Shown here one piece after another: positions 54,687 to 64,000 of a stretch of DNA of 64,000 bases. The DNA lies in contig NMRA01000095.1 of the NCBI GenBank assembly GCA_002633005.1, positions 301,901-365,900 on the forward strand. Direction: 5' to 3'. The notes below the pieces were generated by a model. The model saw only the letters and a program-made list of their open reading frames with translations. It was not told the DNA's origin and made no database searches. The position numbers and the translations under genes were made by a program. Source of the stretch: Phoronis australis (Eukaryota > Animalia > Phoronida). Each line of letters starts with the position of its first letter. Positions within the stretch are counted from its first letter, which is position 1.

Positions 54687-56900
54687 CTGAAGCCAACATC
54701 GAAACATCATTTTATGTAACACAAATGCTCACAAGACTCCGACCAAATGCCTTTAATCCACCAATATTTATTTCACAAATGGAAGACAGGACCAAGTGTG
54801 CACGTTCAGGTGGAGTAGCAATATTGTTATTACCCGGCCTGAAGGAGTGTTTAGTGGCTAATTAGCTGTCAATGGAACATTCTGGACTGAGGTGAGTGCT
54901 AAGGGTTCAAGACTGCATTGTTACCGAATGAGCACAGGCGATGCTTGCATGCACGATTTCGGAATCTCGGCAATATTAGGGTTCTTCAATCCTGAATACG
55001 AAACATTTTTCTTGAATCGGTTATACAGTATATGCAAAAGAAAACGGACAGAACGAACAGGTATTCCGCGTTGTCACGGCTGAGTGCAAGGGTAAATCTG
55101 CGTAAAAAGTAGTATGTGAAAAAATAGAATTGACTGCCGATAACACTCATCAGTCATGGCGCGTCAATTGAGGGAGAACTTATAAAAACAAAAAGGTTAT
55201 ATTTTGGGCTTTTTATTGTTCGGATAACCAGTGTTGGCAAGAACCGCTCCTAAAATGGGGTTTATAACACTTTGACGTATTAGTCCTCATGTAATTGCAA
55301 TATATATCAAACAAAAATGAAACTAAACTAGCACTTATTTTGAGAAATAATTGATTAATATGAAGATTTAGAGAGCGACCTTGACACGTATTATGGAGAC
55401 AGGTATGGAGATGTTGTGAAGACGACACTCAGGCCTTAGGTGAAACAGCTAATGAGTTGGAAACGCAAAAACAGGTAATGTGTTGAAAACGCAAAAACTG
55501 AAATATTGCCTGTCCGAGTGCTATTACTGCATTTTGGCACATGCAACTATTCATAATATTCAGTCGAAGTGATTTTGAGATCGCTACCTCTCACAGCCGA
55601 AAATTTTTTTGTCACAACTGGTGCGGAATACAATTGCGGAGCGGAATCCCCTAATGACGTCACACATTTTCCATTTAGTTCATGATTAAAAGTACACAAA
55701 TTGAAGAACAATATTTAAAACATGATACCAACATTATTGGTAACGGAATGCAAGCATTTATGACCATTGTGTGAAGAGCAGACGACCTATACATTGTAGT
55801 CATAGGTAACGTATTGCCACATACCTGTAATTACACGTGGGAGGCGCTGTATCTGTTGGAAGTTGCATTGGATAAAAAACTTCCCCATCTACATCTACAG
55901 TGCATACATGCATGTGTGGTCAATTCCTGTCATTTATATGTTGCAGCGGTGAAGTTTTTTTAACTTGGTTTTCGGGCCTGTTCGTTGATTATGATTTTGC
56001 ATCGTCTGAGTAGTAGCAGCAGGCATCGGTGTAGTAAAATGTGTTCAGTAAATTGGAAATTAGGTCAACTTACTCGATCGCTCTATATGATGCAATGGCA
56101 TCGGAAGATTGCGTTTAAGATTACAACCCCTATAGTCCGTCATTTGAACAAGTGTCGAGAAAACTACAGTCGAAACTGACCGCACGGAAGCGGAATTGTT
56201 TGGTTTAATTTGGCATGTGCTGTAGTTTCTATGAGCTTAGAAATGAAATACATGGAGATTCCTAGCGCGGGTAAAGCATATTGCATCACTAAACTGTTTA
56301 TTAGAGTAAAAGGGCTTATGTGGTACTGGCATTAGTGTTGAAACCAGCTAATCTGGGCGAAATACAGTTTTAATGTGATATATTATCGGTTACTTAAGGA
56401 TATGCAAAATATTTGTTCCCTCGCAACACCAGTTCTGCACGCGACTACGTTGACCGTGCAAGCAAATCATGGAACCCGTGCCAGTCTTCATGTTAAGCAT
56501 GACGTCATTTGACAATGTGGATCCAGTCAAATGAAATCAAAATGATGAAATTAAAAACAGTGATGGTCATGGGCAGAGTTAAGTAAAACATCAAACCACT
56601 TCAAACGTTAGGCCTATATTTCCTGGCCATGGACCAGATCATTCACAACTTCCTTCTGAACTCCCAGGGAGCACAATGGGTGAAAGCTTTATGTAAACCG
56701 CGTTGTCAGACCACATAGATTAATCCAAACACACGTACAGTTATGTCAAAAGAATCCAGTGCTCAATTAAATGAATCGGAAAAAGACCAGGAAATTTTTC
56801 GAAAATGTAATGTGTGTGTATATCAAATCGTTGTTGCACCTATTCACGTCACAATAGTGACAAATACTATAAATTTTCACGAAAACAACAACGGATTTAA

Positions 56901-56949
56901 AACTTGACATGTTTCGGTGTCGTCTATTAAACACCATCCTCAGAAATCA
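56901..56949 (-). ncRNA. Minimal type I hammerhead ribozyme in the Penelope 3' tail
   Basis: Minus strand: gattt CUGAGGA UGGUG uuuaauagacga CACC GAAA CAUGUC aaguu: core boxes, stem II, palindromic ACAUGU stem III, GUC cleavage triplet. Confidence 0.8.
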
Positions 56950-57028
56950 TAATACAGTGGCCACCTAGCTAGGCCCAGCAACATGTAATGAAGCACAGAT
57001 ACAGTCAGTTACAGGGAGTGACAATGAA

Positions 57029-58660
57029 CTATACCAACAATGACAACCTGTGGTGTGTCAGTTGCCTATTGAGATTGGGCTTGCACCAACTGATATGTAA
57101 AGCCTCACGAATTTTAAGCTCCTTTGTTGTTACTGCCTGGTCTATTATTGCAAAGTCATTGAAAGAGCACTGCTGATAACAATGATTGGAGCTCTGCAGG
57201 TGAATATTTACATGTGAATTACTGTCAGAATTTAGATGTTCCTTGGTCCTGGTTTTCAAATGGCGAACAGTTTCGCCTATATAACTGGAGCCACATCCAG
57301 CACAGATAAATTTGTATACAACCTTGGACCGTAGACCCATAGAAATTTTGTCCTTAGGGTTAAATAAACTCGACAGTTTTAGAGACTTGAATGTTAATAC
57401 AACTCTTAAGTTCACACAGTAATCATTCACCAATTTGTTGAGTTTTCGTTGAGCAATTTTGGCGTAAAACCCAACATAGGGTATTTTAAAGTACTTGTAG
57501 TTAGTTTTGTCTACAGGATGAACATCATCAGGGTTACGTTGGAGTCTTGCTTTCAGTACCCTATTGACTAATTCTAGGGGATAGCCATTCTTTTGCAAAT
57601 TCGTTGTAAGTTCTTTGATATTAGAATCAAATCTAGCCCAAGTGTTGTTAATGCGATATACCCTGTCTATTAGCGTCTTTATGAGACCTACTTTATAAAC
57701 AAAGGATGTGAAGCTATGAAAACAAGTGTACAGTCCTGTGTAGGTCTTCTTATGAAATACTGATGTTATCACTGAGGTACCCTCACGCTCTACTAACACG
57801 TCCAGAAATGGCAAAATGTTATCGACCTCTAATTCTACACTGAATTTCAAGTTAGGATGCCTCGAGTTTAAATACACCAAAAATTCCTGGGCTGACTGCT
57901 GATTTTCAAATATACAAAACACATCATCTACATATCGTCGATAGAAATAGATGTGAGGACCAGTGTATGTCTCAATCCATGTTTTCTCATGGTGACCTAA
58001 AAACATGCCAGCTAGTATGGGAGCCAAAGGTGAACCCATTGCTATACCATCAATTTGGTTAAAAACCTCCCCATTAAATACAAAATGGGTTTTGCTGGTA
58101 GCAAATTTGAATAGCTCCATGAGTTCAGCTCGAGTAATCTTTACACTAGGATTGTTTTTCATTATATAGTCAGTAGCCAAAGATATACATTCGTCCACAG
58201 GTAGGTTAGTAAACAAACTCGCAATGTCAAAAGAAGCCATGAATCGATTCCTGAGAACTTGACCCCTAACCTCAGAAACAAAAGAGAATGTATCACCTGC
58301 TGTGTAGTCCTCATTTATATGTGGTTTGAGTAGCTTACATAGGTTCTTGGCAAGATTGTAATTGAAAGTATTCACAGATGACACAATAGGTCTAAATGGA
58401 GGGATGGAATCCTCTGTCTGTTTGTGTATTTTTGGTAGGCCATATAGTCTACCTGGCTGTGAACCTTGTGGATACAAATAGCTGTACGTTTCAGTATCTA
58501 AACGACCATCATTCTTAATTTTGCGTAAAAACCTCTGCAGCTGTCCTTCTCTAGTTAGTGTAGGATCTGCTTTGACACGTCTGAACTTCGATACATCACT
58601 CAAAATTTCATTCAAAGAATTGACATAATCATTGCGATCTAAAACGACTACACCATTTCC
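57029..58660 (-). CDS. Penelope reverse transcriptase plus GIY-YIG endonuclease (N-terminally truncated)
   Basis: LYGLPKIHK, FRPIVS, SFDIASLFTN, GIAMGSPLAP, RRYVDD, LPFLDV, VVYKFICAGCGSSYIGET; the first ~15 codons of the track ORF come from the inverted tail. Confidence 0.93.
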   Translation of the reverse strand, partial: GNGVVVLDRNDYVNSLNEILSDVSKFRRVKADPTLTREGQLQRFLRKIKNDGRLDTETYSYLYPQGSQPGRLYGLPKIHKQTEDSIPPFRPIVSSVNTFNYNLAKNLCKLLKPHINEDYTAGDTFSFVSEVRGQVLRNRFMASFDIASLFTNLPVDECISLATDYIMKNNPSVKITRAELMELFKFATSKTHFVFNGEVFNQIDGIAMGSPLAPILAGMFLGHHEKTWIETYTGPHIYFYRRYVDDVFCIFENQQSAQEFLVYLNSRHPNLKFSVELEVDNILPFLDVLVEREGTSVITSVFHKKTYTGLYTCFHSFTSFVYKVGLIKTLIDRVYRINNTWARFDSNIKELTTNLQKNGYPLELVNRVLKARLQRNPDDVHPVDKTNYKYFKIPYVGFYAKIAQRKLNKLVNDYCVNLRVVLTFKSLKLSSLFNPKDKISMGLRSKVVYKFICAGCGSSYIGETVRHLKTRTKEHLNSDSNSHVNIHLQSSNHCYQQCSFNDFAIIDQAVTTKELKIREALHISWCKPNLNRQLTHHRLSLLV

Positions 58661-59170
58661 CCGAAACATGTCAAGTTTTAAATCCGTTGTTGTTTTCGTG
58701 AACATATGCTGTTACTATAAATTTGAATTGATTAGTCCGACTCCAACCAGTTTTCTTGGGAACCACTATCTGTCCCTTCTGCCAACTAGGACCAAGTCAT
58801 GTACAATTATAGCAATGTTTTCAACACGCGGGTACTACGCACCACATGACACTCACTTTGTTCATTTTGTGTGTCATTCTAGTGTTCGATTGTTCAACAG
58901 TGTTCACAGTTTATCTGTTTGGATTCCCAAATGCGATATTGTGAGTCATGTTACGAAAAAAACATATGGACTGGTGTGGCTTGGCTTGCTTAAACACTTC
59001 TTTTTACCACTACACAAGAGAAGTGTTTCTTTCGGTAATCCGATGGCAGCAATATTAATGAAGAACGATAATGACGTCATGGTCACCATGTTAGTAACAA
59101 GAACATTTAATAAACAATTATGATACTGCTTACGTACTAAAAGTTTCAAAAATATTTCACTGTTGCGTAC

Positions 59171-59299
59171 CTCAAGAATTTTCTTTATTTTTTTGACACG
59201 CTTAGGCTCCTCCATGTTATGGTCGCTCTCTTCCGTGTCATCGTCGCTCCAGTTTCCATCGTATTCCTCCCCACAGACATCGTAAGCAGTTTTTCCTTC
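59171..59299 (-). CDS. Ankyrin/SAMD3-like gene exon A (end of an ankyrin-like repeat plus acidic insert)
   Basis: attttacAG...GAG|GTacgc; 129 nt, phase 0 to 0; EGKTAYDVC...VKKIKKILE resembles the final GxTAxD..(I)xxxL ankyrin repeat. Confidence 0.62.
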
Positions 59300-60012
59300 C
59301 TGTAAAATACGCATTTTAATTCGCATCAAAATTNACTTTTGGACGGATCTGATTACTGGAGTGCCTCCTGGTTACAATTTTAGATTTTTAGGTTTTTCTT
59401 TGTATTTTCAGAAAATTTGGAATATAGGCATCTGCTGGTGAAATGAATCAGATGCTATCCTCCCGTTTTCGGATGGAATTGAGATGCTTTGTGCCACCTA
59501 TTGACCATTTTTGTTCTTTTCAAGTCTGCTTTTGGCGTCCACCCCTCGATCAACTAAACCATTATAAGGATGATTTTGATAGTGTATTTTCATTTTTTCT
59601 GATTTCCTTTGTTTTTATGAAGTTCATCGACAGATTTTTATGAAATTTGGTAAATAGCTTTCTATTATAGAAGCTGTGGCATGTTCCTGTTTTCAGATTG
59701 ATTGGACGTTTTGTGCCATCTAGTGGCCATTTTATGAAACATAAGCAACCCCAGAAGCACACTGTTTGCGTGCATTCGTCGGGGCATTTCAACGCCCCGC
59801 GTTGCTCTTGTTGTTTTATGCAACATAAAAGATTTCATTAAACTCGCGCAGTTCCTTGTTTCTGATAGCCCCTCATGCAAATGTCTAAAACTGTAAAAAG
59901 AAACATTCCTAACGGTGTGTTTTGAAGTGATCTAATGTGCATTGTGGTCGAAGTGGTAGTTTGATAAAAGATGAACCAAAATAAGGTATGATAGCCACTA
60001 CTTGATGTTTTT

Positions 60013-60085
60013 CATTAGCATAGCCACATATCACATCATTAGCATAGCCACATATCAAGTCATTAACATAGCCACATGTCACATT
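60013..60085. repeat. 24-bp tandem repeat (CATTAGCATAGCCACATATCACAT) x3, resuming at 63056-63080
   Basis: The same unit reappears just after the LINE tail. Confidence 0.85.
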
Positions 60086-60099
60086 TGGCAACGGAATTA

Positions 60100-63050
60100 A
60101 AACAGTCGAATTTAGGAATTCCTATCGGTGCTGATAATGTTTCATCTTTGTTTTATGCTGATGATATAGTGGTACTTGCCGAGAGCGATGAAAAATTTAC
60201 AGGGTTTATTGAATATAGTTGATAAATGGTGCTCTGAATGGAGGCTAATTGTCAATCAGGAAAAAACTAATATTATTCACTTCAGGTCCAAGCATGTCTC
60301 TCGTAGTTTATATCCATTTCGGTTGGGTCGACTAGACCTAGAATATGTACCCAAATATAAATTTTTAGGAATAATTTTAAATGAACATTTGAAGTTTTCT
60401 GAAACTGCTAAAACTCTGTCCGAATCTGCTGAAAGAGCTTTGGGCGCTTTAATTAATAAATTTAAAAAGAATAAAAATATGAGGTACAGAACATTCACTA
60501 CATTATTCGATGCTTGTGTTGTGCCTGTTAGAGATTATTTTTGTAGGTGTCTGGTGGGGATGCTCTAGTCTACAGGATTATGATGTCATTCAGAATAGAG
60601 CAGCGCGCTTTTTGGGCGTTCACAAATTCGCTCCTAATCATGCTGTTATAGATGACATGGGGTGGGAATTCCCCAGTGTTAGGCGGAAAATTGAGCTTTT
60701 GAGAATGTGGACTCGTATTATTAATTTCGAGGATGATAGACTAACATACCGAATATTTTGGTGGGACTACACTGCTTGTACTAATAATTGGTCGTCTGAA
60801 GTTTTGAGCATTCTTGAAGAATTAGGGATTTCGGATTGTTTTCATAACTTACATTCAGTTAATCTGTCTCACTGTAAGAATATTTTGCATGATTTGGCCT
60901 GTAATAGGTGGTTGTTTGAAAGCCGTTCGAAACCAAAGGTAAGAACCTATGTTTTGATGAAGAATGTCTTTAAAGTTGAGCCTTACGTGCTTTTAGACTA
61001 ACTCGGCCTAGTAGGTCAATTCTTGCTCAAATTAGAACCCGAACCCTACAGCTATTGGTTGAGGTTGGGCATTTTTGTTCTCTAGAATTTGATGACAGAA
61101 TTTGCTGTCTTTGTTACACTGGTCAGGTCGAAACTGAACTACATTTTCTGTTTGAGTGTCCGTCTTTCTTAGATGCCAGAAACACCTTTTACTGTCAAGT
61201 TGAGATTAAATATCCACGATTCCGTGCAGAAAGCTGTGAAAGTAAACTAATTACAATCATGCAAAAAGATGTTATCAGAAAAAACTTCAGGTTTCATCAA
61301 AAATATTTTTGAAGTAAGGAAAAATTATATTTATTTATGATCACTTTTATCTCGGCCTTCTCTTTCTGGTCCTCTTGCAATGTGCGTACACTTGTCTTTT
61401 CTTTTTTGTATCACGTATCTTATAAAGTGACTTGTAAGCCTCGTGGAGGGCTGGGTGTTCCTAGTCTTTGTTCGCTCTCTTCTTGAACATGTACTTACCA
61501 TGAATCATTTTACATTTAATAATAATCACTATCTCCAAATATTAGGCACAGCTATGGGAACTAGGGCTGCTCCTACTTTTGCCAACCTTTTTATGGGAAA
61601 TCTTGAAAACAGCTCTGAAAAAACCCTTCTCTGGCTAAGATACATTGATGACATTTTTATGATCTGGACCCATGGCCCACAAAAATTAGATGTATTTTAG
61701 AAAATATTAACAAATTTCACCCTACTATAAAGTTCTCTCATGACATTTCTCAAAATAAAGTCTCATTTTTAGATGTAACTGTCACCCTTAGTAATGATAA
61801 ACTAGAAACTGACTTATTCTGTAAAGAAACTGACAAACACCAATATCTGTCATATCACTCGTGTCATCCCTTTCATTGTAAGAAAAGCCTTACATATAGC
61901 CTTGCCCTAAGAATTCGACGCATTTGTTCAGAAGAAACTTCCTTTAATAACCATTTAAAAGAACTCAAGTACAATCTAGTTCAACGTCATTTCCCCTTAC
62001 ATCTTATAAACAAACAGTTTGACTAAGTCCGTTCAATCACACGAAATGAATCTTTAAGAACTAAAACTAAAGGCAATACTACTAATAGAATACCATTCAT
62101 AACTATGTTCAATCCATGTTAAAACGGAATTAGCCACGTCTTCAGAAAACATCTTTCCACGCTGCATATTTCCCCTCAAATGAAAAACCTATTTCCTCAT
62201 CCACCTATAATTTCTTGGAGAAAATGTAAAAATCTAAAAAATTATTTAGTTAAAGCTAATATCGACAATATACACCAAACTGACAAACCTATTGGCAACA
62301 CACAATGTAACAAAACTAGGTGTAAAATATGTAACTTTATCAACGATAGCACTTTTTTCCAGTCTTCCCAAACCAATGAAAACTTTGAAATAAAACATTA
62401 TTCTGATTGCACCACCAACAATATTATTTACCTTATAACTTGTGAAAAATATTCTATCCAATGCGTAGGACAAACTCAACATAATCTACAAACTCGGTTT
62501 CGTAATCATAGATTTAACATAATACATAAAAACATTTCTGATACTATGGGTAATCATTTCAATTCCAAAAACCATAATATTCAAGATCTTTCTGTACAAA
62601 TAATAGAAAAACTCCCAACACCCCAGTACCCTCACAGACTCAAAAGAGAACAATATTGGATAGACAAGCTCAATACAATAGAACCTCATGGATTCAACAT
62701 AAAAACTTCTTAAAATATGTCATTGAATTTTTTACGCAAAAATGTATCATATTCATTACACCATATCTTATATGTCAATTGTCATATAGTGTTTGATTTT
62801 ACTTTATTTCTGTTTCTGTTGACAAAGGAAGTTATTACATCCGAAAATTTCAGTTGATCCATTCTTGTTGTTTTACTTACCTATTTATATTCTACATTTC
62901 GTGAAACAATAGTATCCTTGGGAAGATCTGGATCGCCTTATTTAGTTTCAGATTTATTTTCTACGTTATTTATAGTCTTTGTAACGTATTCATTGTTTAA
63001 ATTCATTTGAACACATGTCACTATAATAAAAAAATTCTTACTTACTTATT
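60100..63050 (+). mobile_element. 5'-truncated L2/CR1-group LINE (Daphne/Crack-like), interrupted by a Penelope-like element
   Basis: LFYADDIVVLAES, LQGLLNIVDKWCSEWRLIVNQEKT, KYKFLG, DRICCLC..VETELHFLFECP; frameshifted; 3' end AATAAA plus (CTTA)n near 63025-63048. Confidence 0.85.
61470..62905 (+). mobile_element. 5'-truncated Neptune-type Penelope-like element (RT plus GIY-YIG), decayed
   Basis: GTAMGTRAAPTFANLFMG, LRYIDDIFMIW, FHPTIKF, SFLDV, CNKTRCKIC linker, NIIYLITC..VGQT; in-frame stops. Confidence 0.9.
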
Positions 63051-64000
63051 CACACCATTAGCATAGCCACATATCACATCAAGTTAAGATCAGAAACTTC
63101 AAGAGCAAACCAAGTTTTTACTGGCTGAAGTAATCGCTTAAAAACACGCACAGCAAATTCTTAAAAGCCATTCATTTTGGTTTGTGTTTTTAGAGTATGT
63201 CTCAACACCAGGTGCTATGAAGTTTCACAATTTTGACACGTGTTTAACCTGTCCTGTGGCTGAATGAAATTCAGTGATTGGTCATTGAGGCTTACTTCAT
63301 CTAATGTAGTTAGAAATATGTTTTGATTTGACATTACCTAATTAGCACTATATAAGACTTTGAATATACCTGGTTGCAGTGTATAATGACGTCATTCTCC
63401 ACTACATAGTTGATGATGAAAGAAGATTCATTGCAATAGGTTTTGGCTTATCTTTTTTGTAATTTTACTGCCATACATAGGTTCTACCGAAAGTGAAGGT
63501 TAATAGCATTCACCTTGTACCCTGGAAAAGCAACAACTTTCTGCATGCATATTGATTCTTCACTTCCTTGTTTTTTCGATCCAGTGACTCGCTTGGTCTG
63601 TACATTCTGTCTGTATGTGTGGTCAGTCTGTAATACCTGTAAAATGAGTTCCAGATTTAGTGATTGGGGAAAGAAGTTACACCAGCAAACAATCATGATG
63701 CTGTTTTACGTTTGAATCTCGCTTCAACAACAAGATTGTACTACTGTGTCATCATCTACTTCCCCTTAAAGGTATGGCAAAATGTCACAAATACTTGTAT
63801 GATCTTGAATTGTTGTATTTACTGAACGTTACTCAGATGTCTGAGGATTCAATACCTTTTTGCTTTCGCTTGGTTGGGTCTTGATGGTACTCTAGTACTT
63901 CTGAACCCACTTAATTTTATCTTAGAACTGACTTCCGGTGCCCATCGTCTTCAGATTTGACTGAGGTTGTCTGAAAGAAAGGAATACACATAGTAGTAAC

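Larger units (their letters stand above)
56876..58712 (-). mobile_element. Penelope-like retroelement (Penelope/Poseidon type), 5'-truncated, young
   Basis: Uninterrupted RT plus GIY-YIG ORF, 42-bp inverted tail copy, TSD TACTATAAATT(T) at 56865-56876 and 58713-58724. Confidence 0.95.

Noticed and set aside
55825-55852. 28-nt minus-strand microexon with AG/GTATGT inside intron A-B
   Set aside because: Would break the phase 0-0 junction; no other support
58661-58705. Track ORF start MFTKTTTDLKLD as the true Penelope N-terminus, or the 42-bp inverted repeat as DNA-transposon TIRs
   Set aside because: The segment is an inverted copy of the element's own 3' tail
63514-63971. Two minus-strand exon-like segments as upstream exons of the ankyrin gene
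   Set aside because: One has stops in all three frames and neither looks ankyrin-like

Overview
AT-rich, repeat-dense, intron-containing animal (eukaryotic) genomic DNA with two N-gaps and single-N contig joins. The overall character (abundant TACATGTA, Kolobok, Penelope, L2/Tx1 LINEs, CTCF-type motifs) suggests a marine invertebrate bilaterian, but the species cannot be named. The main host-type gene was reconstructed by hand on the minus strand: six phase-consistent exons (59299-59171, 54686-54443, 51416-51104, 48314-48147, 47900-47813, 46198-46037), 5' end not found. They encode an ankyrin-repeat-like tail, an acidic linker and a SAMD3-like module of the kind carried by DNA transposons, suggesting a host-transposon fusion gene. 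About 25.5-32 kb is a shuffled array of diverged non-coding modules rich in GAGTC/GACTC, CCAAT, CACGTG and splice donors, upstream of a single acceptor/ATG exon at 33992; this looks like a multi-promoter/alternative first-exon array. Also present: a frameshifted EAR/EPTP-repeat exon, a young Penelope element with hammerhead ribozyme, inverted tail and TSD, a Neptune-type Penelope nested in an L2-like LINE, Kolobok relics (THAP plus KolX), Tx1 and RNase-H LINE fragments, several MITEs, a 1.35-kb (TCTA)n satellite and a 20-bp minisatellite. All family assignments come from motif recognition by eye, not database searches.
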